Shown here one piece after another: positions 1 through 8,300 of a stretch of DNA of 64,000 bases (the stretch's first letter is position 1; each line of letters starts with the position of its first letter). The notes beneath the pieces are model-generated. The model was not told the DNA's origin, ran no database searches, and was given only the letters and a program-made list of their open reading frames with translations. Source of the DNA: Bacteroidales bacterium (lineage in GTDB: Bacteria; Bacteroidota; Bacteroidia; Bacteroidales; Tenuifilaceae); the NCBI GenBank assembly GCA_037442025.1, contig JBBIRB010000010.1, positions 4,002 to 68,001 on the forward strand, given 5' to 3'. The position numbers and the translations under genes are program-made.

Positions 1-222
1 GCCCTAAATGAATCGCTTCAAAATGCGCAGATTACTTTTATTGCAAACTCCGACCCTCTCCGCTCGCACCCCTACTTTTGGGCCTCCTATCAACTTATTG
101 GCAGTAGTGAAATGCTTATATTTCCGAGCGTAATAAAATGTTTTGTACTAGGGGCCACAGTTGTTTTGGGATTGCTATTAGCGTTATTTTTTCTGAAGCG
201 TAAATTTAAAGCAACTCGCTAA
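1..222 (+). CDS. CHAT-domain protein, C-terminal fragment (5' end lies outside the window)
   Basis: Frame 1 is open from the window edge to TAA at 220-222. The translation ALNESLQNAQITFIANSDPLRSHPYFWASYQLIGSS carries the HPYYWA-x-F-x-LIG-type motif typical of CHAT-domain C-termini, followed by a hydrophobic anchor VLGATVVLGLLLALFF. Confidence 0.5.
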   Translation, partial: ALNESLQNAQITFIANSDPLRSHPYFWASYQLIGSSEMLIFPSVIKCFVLGATVVLGLLLALFFLKRKFKATR

Positions 223-937
223 TTGCCTTTGCCTTTGCAGAGTAGTACCCATTACTGCTCGCAATGCTGGTAAATAGTTCCTTTGCTTCTATTGCCTTTT
301 CCTGCTTAAGTAGAGCAAAAGCCATGTACCATTGGGCCGTTTCTTCGTAAAATGGCTCATTATTACTTTCAATAATTTGTTTTAATAAACTTTCTGAAAG
401 TTCAAACTGTTCGGTTTCTAAATAGCAGCATGCTAGCATTAGCATTGCCTGAGTGTTGTTCGGGTTGTTCTTTAGAAATTCTTCGATAGAGGTAATGGCC
501 ACATTGCGTTCTTTTGTTGTGTATTGGCTCAAAATTTTGCTGTCAATTGTGGCAATATTGGGCCATTGGGCATTTCGAACCTCGCCCATGGGCTGAAAGG
601 GTTTGTAATACTGTGCAAAAATATGCGATGGCATTCTGCTGTTGCTGGCTATAAAATAAAAGCCAATAGCAATGAGAATACTGGCGGCGGCTACCGCCGA
701 AGCAACAAATAGTCGGATTCTTTTCGACCGCTTTTGTTGGGCATGCGCCCATTCCAGTTTCTTTCTCAGTTCCCGTTCATCAGATCCTAGTATGGCTTCA
801 CGAAGATTACGGGAGAATTCAACCTTCATTTGCAGGTTCTTATTAACGGCAAGTTCCTTCTCGAACTCTTTTAACTTTTCGCCATCCAGCCTACCAGTAA
901 TGTATTCGTCAATATATTTCGAAAGGTTCTTCTCCAT
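206..937 (-). CDS. Anti-sigma-factor-like single-pass membrane protein with TPR-like C-terminal domain
   Basis: 243-aa ORF whose start overlaps the end of the upstream ECF sigma gene by 29 nt. It has an N-terminal helical region, one TM segment (LFVASAVAAASILIAIGFYFIA) and TPR-like repeats at the C-terminus (AMLMLACCYLETEQFELSESLLKQII...). Confidence 0.6.
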   Translation of the reverse strand: MEKNLSKYIDEYITGRLDGEKLKEFEKELAVNKNLQMKVEFSRNLREAILGSDERELRKKLEWAHAQQKRSKRIRLFVASAVAAASILIAIGFYFIASNSRMPSHIFAQYYKPFQPMGEVRNAQWPNIATIDSKILSQYTTKERNVAITSIEEFLKNNPNNTQAMLMLACCYLETEQFELSESLLKQIIESNNEPFYEETAQWYMAFALLKQEKAIEAKELFTSIASSNGYYSAKAKAISELL

Positions 938-1514
938 AGCTGTTTATTATCTCATTGTAATTGGGATCGGTTTTAATGCTTTTTACCAAATACTCCTTGC
1001 AAAGGTATTTTCGCCGTCGGGCATATTCCTCCGAAGAAAAGTTTAGCTCCCTGGCAATTTCAGCAAACGATTTGCCCGAGAAGAATGCCATCAGAACTTT
1101 TTGGCACTCCTGATGCAACTTATTGAAGTGATTTTGAAACAATCGCCTTTTTTGTCCCTCTAAATACTCACCCATAATTACGCGAGGATCATCCACAATT
1201 TCTATAACATCCACTTCTACTTCCACTCCTCTTTTACGGGCGTTTTCTCGCAAAAGGTTTTGCATAATTATTTTGCACATTCCAAAAAGATAGCTCTCAA
1301 CCAATGTGTTTTCAGCAATCTCGCCCGCCTTCCCTTTCTTGTAAAGAATAATGATTGCTTCCTGAAAAATTTCATTGGCCGTATCATAGTCCAATCCGCT
1401 GCGCAGCATAACCTTCTTAACGCGTGGAAAGATTTCTCGATACAGGTAATTGAGGACAGCCTGATTCTGACCTAAAATCCCTTTGAGCAATTCATTATTA
1501 GTAAACGCAGGCAT
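909..1514 (-). CDS. ECF-type RNA polymerase sigma-70 family factor
   Basis: 201-aa ORF with a region-2-like segment (YLYREIFPRVKKVML...ANEIFQEAIIILYKK) and a region-4 HTH (CQKVLMAFFSGKSFAEIARELNFSSEEYARRRKYLCKEYL). It is coupled to the downstream anti-sigma-like gene. Confidence 0.8.
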   Translation of the reverse strand: MPAFTNNELLKGILGQNQAVLNYLYREIFPRVKKVMLRSGLDYDTANEIFQEAIIILYKKGKAGEIAENTLVESYLFGMCKIIMQNLLRENARKRGVEVEVDVIEIVDDPRVIMGEYLEGQKRRLFQNHFNKLHQECQKVLMAFFSGKSFAEIARELNFSSEEYARRRKYLCKEYLVKSIKTDPNYNEIINSYGEEPFEIY

Positions 1515-1895
1515 GAAGTTTAGTTGCTATTTGCAAATCTATTAAAAAAGCGCACAACGCAATGGTACTTGGTGCTAAATGCTACCTAAAACAGTTCTTA
1601 GCATTGAATACCCCCTTATATGTTGAAAGCGCCATTACTGATTATTGGAAGAAGACTCTGCTTTGAAAATTTTCAGGTTTGAAATCGAGTTCCTGGGATA
1701 GATTTTATATGTCAGATAATCAGGAACATGAAAAATATTTGTAAAAAAAATTAAAAATAGTTCAAAAAAGCTTGTCACGAAATGGCATTTCCTACCACTA
1801 TGGGTAGAGGGGGAGATGTTTTTTGTGCCTTTGGTTTGAGTTGAAAAAGGAAACAATAGAAAGAACCTATTTCATAACTAAAAAAATTGAATGCC

Positions 1896-2051
1896 ATGAG
1901 AACAAGTGTAAAAAAACTAAGCCTTGAACAATTCAAGGGAATGCTGGTAAACGCAGACTGCGAACTAACTATTTCTGAAATGAATCGCTTGAGGGGCGGT
2001 GAAGATAATCAAGGCGATGACCCTGATAGGCCCATTTACATTAAAGAGTAG
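1896..2051 (+). CDS. Small exported-peptide precursor with double-glycine leader (51 aa; below the ORF-track length cutoff)
   Basis: ATG at 1896, TAG at 2049-2051. The translation is MRTSVKKLSLEQFKGMLVNADCELTISEMNRLRGG-EDNQGDDPDRPIYIKE. LTISEMNRLRGG fits the L-x2-E-(L/M)-x2-(I/L)-x-GG leader pattern. An A-rich leader sits upstream of the ATG. Confidence 0.5.
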   Translation: MRTSVKKLSLEQFKGMLVNADCELTISEMNRLRGGEDNQGDDPDRPIYIKE

Positions 2052-2209
2052 GCTGAAGCAATTAATGGAAGATTTCGCCAGCAGCCCAATTAAGTCAGGC
2101 TGTTGGCTTAGTTTTTTGAATGCTCTAACTGAAAAAGTAGTATAACCATTCATGGTTAGCGGATTGTGAAGACATTGTAATGGACGTAGAATAAAATAAA
2201 ATCAACTAA

Positions 2210-2950
2210 ATGGAAACAAAAATATTGATTGAAAGGTATTTGGACTCCGAAATGGCAGAAAGTGAAAAAAATGCTTTGAGAGAAATTCTGAATGCCGATA
2301 CTAGCCTAACAAAGGAATTATCTCTTAGAAAGGATATTAACGAGTTTCTGACCGATTCTCAAGCTATTGAGTTTAGAAATAAGTTGGCCCTAGCAAGTTT
2401 GGGTATTGAGAAAAGGGGAACGTGGAACTCAAAGCGAACGTTCTATGCAGCCGCAACTCTGGCAGGAATTGCAATTGGTGGCTGGGCCACTTTTAATAGC
2501 CTTACTCCTAATGTTACAGCTCTCGATCTTTATAAGCAGAATCTGAAACCCTACCCAACGGTTCAAATATCACGTTTTGCGTTAACTCAAGCGCAAAGTT
2601 TAATGCTTCAACAGGCCCTGCAAAGCTATTCGGCATCCAACTTTTTTGAGGCATCGCAGCAGTTCGAGCAGATTCTGCTAACCGATCCCCAATCGGTTTC
2701 GGTTAAGTTTTATTTGGGAATCAGCTATTTGTATCTCGAACAATTCGACAAATCGTTCACCCTTTTAAACGAAGTTTCCCAGTCCGAAACCCTTCTGTCG
2801 CAGCAGGCATATTGGTACCTTGGGTTAGGTTTTCTGGCACAGAGCAACGTTCAGCAGGCTGAATACCATTTTACAAAGGTTGAATTATTGGGTGGGAAAC
2901 TTGCCGAAAGCGCATCTGAAATGAAGAGGAAACTGAAAAAGATTCATTAA
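2210..2950 (+). CDS. Anti-sigma-like single-pass membrane protein with TPR-like extracytoplasmic domain (paralog of 206..937)
   Basis: 246-aa ORF. The N-terminus METKILIERYLDSEMAESEKNALREIL resembles that of ORF 206..937. It has one TM segment (TFYAAATLAGIAIGGWATF) and TPR-like repeats (KFYLGISYLYLEQFDKSFTLLNEV, AYWYLGLGFLAQSNVQQAEYHFTKV). Confidence 0.6.
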   Translation: METKILIERYLDSEMAESEKNALREILNADTSLTKELSLRKDINEFLTDSQAIEFRNKLALASLGIEKRGTWNSKRTFYAAATLAGIAIGGWATFNSLTPNVTALDLYKQNLKPYPTVQISRFALTQAQSLMLQQALQSYSASNFFEASQQFEQILLTDPQSVSVKFYLGISYLYLEQFDKSFTLLNEVSQSETLLSQQAYWYLGLGFLAQSNVQQAEYHFTKVELLGGKLAESASEMKRKLKKIH

Positions 2951-2962
2951 TAACTTACTACA

Positions 2963-3424
2963 ATGAATAATAGTGGCAATAACAGTTTGAAGGGATCGGA
3001 GCTAGAGCATTTCGATGAAGCAATGGATGCCCGTGAACGTACGTTTGCAGCCTATTTGGTTAACCAACGACCCGACAGGATCTGCTTTGTTGAATCCGTT
3101 GGCGAAATGTTGCAGCTCGTTTTAACCGATGCCACCAATATTTGGGTTAGTACAACCCTTGCACAAATTTATAAGCTATTGCCTAACGATAAGTTCTTTT
3201 TTTGTGGGGCTACTTATATAGTAAATGTCGATCATATATACGAGTTCTGGGTTTCGAACCAGGCAATGCTCGTAATGACATGCGGAAATGTACTTCCCGT
3301 GCCCATTACCGATGTACATCAACTTAAGGATTTGCTAAGTAAACGGTTTAACCGAACCTTCCCCAATGGGCATAAGCCCAAGGGGAGCAAGCATATTGTG
3401 CCTCAGGTTCGCAATACTGTTTAA
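2963..3424 (+). CDS. Stand-alone LytTR-type DNA-binding protein (no receiver domain)
   Basis: 153-aa ORF starting 12 nt after the preceding gene. ICFVESVGEMLQLVLTDATNIWVSTTLAQIYKLLPNDKFFFCGATYIVNVDHIYEF...LVMTCGNVLPVPITDVHQLKDLL follows the LytTR consensus spacing (i-y-i-e...tL..le..Lp...F.r.hrsyiVN...I......l.l.ng..lPvsr). Confidence 0.6.
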   Translation: MNNSGNNSLKGSELEHFDEAMDARERTFAAYLVNQRPDRICFVESVGEMLQLVLTDATNIWVSTTLAQIYKLLPNDKFFFCGATYIVNVDHIYEFWVSNQAMLVMTCGNVLPVPITDVHQLKDLLSKRFNRTFPNGHKPKGSKHIVPQVRNTV

Positions 3425-3490
3425 GCAACAATGGATTTTTAATTCTTAACAAATATTTCGATTAATCTAGCCCTTTTAATGACTTGAATT

Positions 3491-3820
3491 ATGATTACAG
3501 TTTATAGAGATTTCAATTCAGAACTGAACGAGTGCTCCAACGGAAGTTGGCTTCAGCATTGGGAAAAATTTAGCGGGAAAAATGCCAGCTATTGTGCCAA
3601 TTGCAATTGCCTGTACTCCGAAAATTTAGTAGGTGCAATTGTAACTTTGCGTACCCATAAGTCGGATCATTTTGTTGTCCCCCTTTGCCCATACCATTAT
3701 TCCGAAACGGGATCAATTGATATATGCGATTCGTCGGTACTTGTGCTGGCAAAAAGAAAGCGGCCGCTAAGAAAGAGAAAGGAGCAAGAAATAGATGAGC
3801 TCTTTGCAATTCTGGTTTAA
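3491..3820 (+). CDS. Hypothetical Cys/His-rich small protein with basic C-terminal tail
   Basis: 109-aa ORF with candidate metal ligands in CSNGSW, YCANCNC and PLCPYHY, and a tail KRKRPLRKRKEQE. I do not recognise the family with confidence. Confidence 0.4.
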   Translation: MITVYRDFNSELNECSNGSWLQHWEKFSGKNASYCANCNCLYSENLVGAIVTLRTHKSDHFVVPLCPYHYSETGSIDICDSSVLVLAKRKRPLRKRKEQEIDELFAILV

Positions 3821-3959
3821 GTGTTCATTGTGTTTTCAATTGTATGTTAGCAACAGGGCGATACCGTTCCACAGCAAAAGAGTTGCAAATTTGTCAATGC
3901 ACAGCCCTACACAAATTTGTTACGCATTTGTTCTCGGCTAATTCGATAAAACAACAAAG

Positions 3960-4175
3960 ATGAAAAGGGACTATTTGACTTATGCAAAGAGACTTGATTA
4001 TTTGTTGGAACTAATAGAAAACGGGTGGATAAACACACCAAAACAAATAAGCGAAAAGTTTAGTTGCAGCGATAAAACTGCTAGAAACATGATAAATAGG
4101 CTAAGAGAAAGAGGACATTGTATTGTTTACTGCAAGTTTTCGAATAAATATTTCCTCAAAACCTTCAGACGGTAA
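3960..4175 (+). CDS. Small helix-turn-helix protein (HTH_11/DeoR-N-like)
   Basis: 71-aa ORF. TPKQISEKFSCSDKTARNMINRLRERG looks like a winged-HTH recognition region. Confidence 0.5.
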   Translation: MKRDYLTYAKRLDYLLELIENGWINTPKQISEKFSCSDKTARNMINRLRERGHCIVYCKFSNKYFLKTFRR

Positions 4176-4198
4176 TTATTTTACCGTCTGAAGGTTTT
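4158..4198 (+). terminator. Perfect 18-bp stem hairpin overlapping the stop codon of the HTH gene
   Basis: aaaaccttcagacggtaa (4158-4175), ttatt, then ttaccgtctgaaggtttt (4181-4198). The arms are exact reverse complements. The trailing T run is short (tttt). Confidence 0.5.
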
Positions 4199-4241
4199 AC
4201 TTTGTAGTTGACACCTCAATTATTAATTAAAAATTACTAAA

Positions 4242-5153
4242 ATGCGAAAATTTAAGTTAAAGATTCTATTGCTAGCTTTAATTCTTGTTGCTGGTGCGTG
4301 TTCCGAAAAAGAATCATTTTTTTATAGATTCGACTCAACGGCTGAATTGCTTAAAAGTTTAAGTGCCGACCAAACTATATCATGGATGGTTAGGCTTCCC
4401 AGGGGCACAACCTTTAAAGCAGAAAATGGAATGGTTAATATTTATCTGCCTACAGGGTATAAGATGATGGGTTATGATGCCACTACAAACCAATTGGTTT
4501 CTGTTAAGGGTTACACTTGTACCTGTTCAGACGACACTAAAAAATGTCAATCTTTTGTAGCTGGCGATATGGTTGGCTGTGCTACCAGCCAAACAGATCC
4601 CTGCCCAAAATGTACAGGTACTAATTCCTCATTGGAGAAAAAGAGCATGCAACAATTCGACATGCTGTATTTAATTCACCCCGAGGAAGCAACAGAAGAA
4701 GAAAAGAGATGGGCCATGTCCTGGGAGTGCCTAATCCCAATTAGGCAAATCCGTTCAGTTAAGGAACTTATTGAAATGCCTATGATTGATCAAACTGACT
4801 TGCATTCTGAAGTGTTTGTTAAAGCCCTTAAAACAGTCATAGAACATACTTTCCCTAATGGTTTTGAACCGGTTGAGTGTAATGTGATTCCAAAAGGAAC
4901 TTCGCTTTTTGCCATGCAATATAATGGCAAAAAGTTCTTTCTGTTGGGGCCCTCGGAGGCAGCAACACCCGGTATTATAGAACTGCTCCCAATGTTTACT
5001 AATATTAAGAGCCTGAAAAATGATGAAGAGATGGATGCGGCTGGTAAGGTGTATTGCTCGGGTTGCAGTGGCAAATGTAAAGTTAAGTCTGATTATGGTG
5101 GGTTGTTAAAATACTGCGATGGTTGTCCAAGTGGCTGTACAATTCATTACTAA
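4242..5153 (+). CDS. Cys-rich lipoprotein with two multi-Cys modules, function unknown
   Basis: 303-aa ORF with a lipoprotein signal MRKFKLKILLLALILVAGAC. Module 1 is YTCTCSDDTKKCQSFVAGDMVGCATSQTDPCPKCTG. Module 2, at the extreme C-terminus, is YCSGCSGKCKVKSDYGGLLKYCDGCPSGCTIHY. Confidence 0.6.
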   Translation: MRKFKLKILLLALILVAGACSEKESFFYRFDSTAELLKSLSADQTISWMVRLPRGTTFKAENGMVNIYLPTGYKMMGYDATTNQLVSVKGYTCTCSDDTKKCQSFVAGDMVGCATSQTDPCPKCTGTNSSLEKKSMQQFDMLYLIHPEEATEEEKRWAMSWECLIPIRQIRSVKELIEMPMIDQTDLHSEVFVKALKTVIEHTFPNGFEPVECNVIPKGTSLFAMQYNGKKFFLLGPSEAATPGIIELLPMFTNIKSLKNDEEMDAAGKVYCSGCSGKCKVKSDYGGLLKYCDGCPSGCTIHY

Positions 5154-5179
5154 ACAATCTTAATGAAGTTTATAATTTG

Positions 5180-5219
5180 CCCCTGAGTTTGTAGAAAAAC
5201 CCAGGGGTTTTTGTTTTTT
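5180..5219 (+). terminator. Rho-independent terminator after the Cys-rich lipoprotein gene
   Basis: Stem cccctg (5180-5185) pairs with cagggg (5202-5207), followed by tttttgtttttt. Confidence 0.6.
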
Positions 5220-5318
5220 CGAAACAAACTACTTTTATTTTTTCATCTGTCCGGTTTTTAACCTGCCATTAAACTTAATTCTTTTAACTTTGCCGAGTTA
5301 TTCCACCAGTTTGCATAA

Positions 5319-8300
5319 ATGTCGGCAACGCATTCGCTACAAGACCTTATACAATTTTTCAGTTCGCATCCGTTGGTTTGCGAGGTGGAGCAATTTATAA
5401 GGAGCACAAAATCCTTTAAGGTTCGTGTTAAGGGGCTTTCGGGTTCGGGCCTTTCGGTATTGGCCGCTACGGTTCGAAGCCAACTGAGAGTTCCCTTTAT
5501 TTTTATTGCAAACGATAAGGAAGAGGCATCCTATCTTTACAACGATTTAAATCAACTTCTGGGCGAAAGCAATTTATGCTACTTCCCCTCTTCCTTTAAA
5601 AGGGGCATTAATTATGCGCAGTTGCACCCCGACGCGCTCATTCAACGCACCGACACGCTAAACACTCTTGCCGACAAAAGCGATAATCCACTTATTATAG
5701 TAACCTACCCCGAAGCGTTGGGCGAGAAGGTGCTTTCGGGTGCTCAGTTAAATAAATGCTCCATGAAACTGTCGGTTGGCGAAAGGGTGTCGCTCGGTTT
5801 TGTAACGGAGTTCCTATACGAAGTGGGATTCGAGAGGGTCGATTTTGTTTATGAGCCAGGTCAGTTCGCTTTTCGTGGGGGCATAGTCGATATTTTTTCG
5901 TTTTCATCGTCTTTCCCCTACCGGGTCGATTTTTTTGGCGATGAAGTTGAATCCATTCGTTCCTTTGGCATTGAGGATCAACTTTCCAGAGACTCATTCA
6001 ACGAGATTACAATTATATCAAATACGCACGGCGAAGGGCTCAAGGGAAATCTGGTCCCTATTACTCATAGTATTCCTGCCAATTCAATTGTTTGGGTTCG
6101 CGATGCCGACTTGCTACAATCGAGAATGAATGAACTGTTTTCGCAAGCTACAAACCTCAACGATGCTAGCGAAAAATTTGTGCAAGGAAGCGTAATACTC
6201 GATTGGTTAAGAGATGTAGCTGTTGTTGAGGTTGGTATTCGGCAGTTTTTTAACACATCAAAAACTTTTGAGTTTAGTACTAGTCCCCAAATTGCATTTC
6301 AAAAGAACTTCGAATTGCTCTCGCAAAGCATTATGGAGCATACCGTAAATGGATACAAAACCTTCATACTCGCACAGAATCAAGCACAGCATAGCAGGCT
6401 TAGTCATATCTTTCAATCAATAAACCCATCGGTAGGGTATACTCCAATAAACCATACAATCCACGAGGGTTTTATCGACCATACATTAAAAGTATGTATA
6501 TACACCGATCATCAAATATTCGATCGTTACCACAAGTTCAAGGTAAAGCACGAACTTACGCATAGGGGAGCGGTTACCTTAAAAGAGCTGGTTAGCCTTC
6601 AGCATGGCGATTATGTTGTTCATATCGACCATGGTATTGGGCAGTTTGGTGGTTTAGTGAAAACAGAAGTAAATGGCAGAATTCAGGAAGCCGTAAGGCT
6701 TATTTATAAAGATGGCGATTCGCTGCTCGTGAGCATTCACAATCTGCATCGTATATCGAAGTATAGAGGGAAAGACTCCGAGCCTCCAAAGTCGCATAAG
6801 CTGGGGAGCGGTATATGGAATAGGGCAAAACAGTCGGCCAAAAAGAAAGTGAAGGATATTGCTCGCGAATTAATTGCATTGTACGCAAAGCGCAAAGCAG
6901 AGAGGGGGTTTGCTTTTTCGCCCGATTCCTATTTGCAGGAAGAATTGGAAGCTTCGTTCATTTACGAAGATACACCCGATCAGGTAAAAGCTACTGAAGC
7001 CATTAAGTTCGATATGCAAGCTACAATGCCCATGGACCGGCTAGTTTGTGGCGACGTTGGATTCGGTAAAACCGAACTTGCCGTTAGGGCAGCCTTTAAG
7101 GCGGTTGCCGATAGCAAGCAGGTTGCAATTCTGGTTCCAACTACCATACTTGCACTGCAGCACTACCATACTTTTTCCGATAGGCTAAGGGGTTTCCCTT
7201 GTTCCGTTGGATTTATAAGTAGAATGAAAACAGCCAAAGCCCAAAAGGAAACATTGGACCGTTTAGCCGAGGGCAAACTCGACATACTAATTGGTACGCA
7301 TGCCCTACTAGGACAAGGGGTTAAATTTAAGGATTTGGGCCTCCTCATTGTCGACGAGGAGCAGAAGTTTGGTGTGGCTGCCAAGGAGAAACTAAAAAAA
7401 ATGAAGCTCAATGTCGATACTTTAACCCTAACAGCAACGCCCATTCCTAGAACCCTGCAATTTTCGTTAATGGGAGCCCGCGACCTTTCGGTGCTTAATA
7501 CGCCACCTCCCAATAGGCACCCCATAATAACAGAACTGCACTCGTTTAATCACGATATTATTCGAGAAGCAATTGAGTTTGAAGTGAACAGGGGAGGGCA
7601 AGTTTTCTTTGTGCACAACAGGGTGCAAAATATTGGCGAGGTGCAAGTTCTTATAAATCGTATTTGCCCAAAGGTGAAAACAATTGTGGCCCACGGCCAA
7701 ATGGAACCCACCCAGCTCGAAAAGGCCATGATCGATTTTATCGACGGAAATTTCGACGTGCTCATATCAACAACCATCATCGAGTCGGGGCTCGATATCC
7801 CCAATGCCAATACAATTATTATTAACAATGCCCATATGTTTGGGCTTAGCGATTTACACCAAATGCGAGGCCGGGTTGGCCGCTCGAATCGCAAAGCCTT
7901 TTGTTACCTTTTGGCGCCTCCGCTCGATGCTCTTACTCCCGAGGCACGCCGACGCCTGAAGGCCATTGAGGAGTTCTCAGAACTGGGTAGCGGCTTCAGC
8001 ATCGCCATGCAGGATTTAGATATTCGCGGAGCAGGGAATTTGCTAGGGGGCGAGCAGAGTGGGTTCATAGCAGAAATTGGCTTCGAGGCGTACCACCGAA
8101 TTCTCGACGAAGCCATTCAGGAACTGAAAGAGGAGGAATTTCACGATTTATTTTCTCAAGCAACCACGTCGAGTTCAAGCTGGAAGGGGAATGTTAGCGA
8201 ATGCCATGTGGAGACCGATATGGAACTGCTAATCCCCGACAGCTACGTAAATAGCATTCCCGAGCGCATGAGGTTATATCGTGAAATTGACACAATAAAA

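Noticed and set aside
1635-2153. Minus-strand ORFs 1635..1856 (73 aa) and 1965..2153 (62 aa) in the sigma/peptide control region
   Set aside because: Their translations are low-complexity and Phe/Ser/Ile-rich, typical of AT-rich non-coding DNA. The second is antisense to the better-supported GG-leader peptide ORF.
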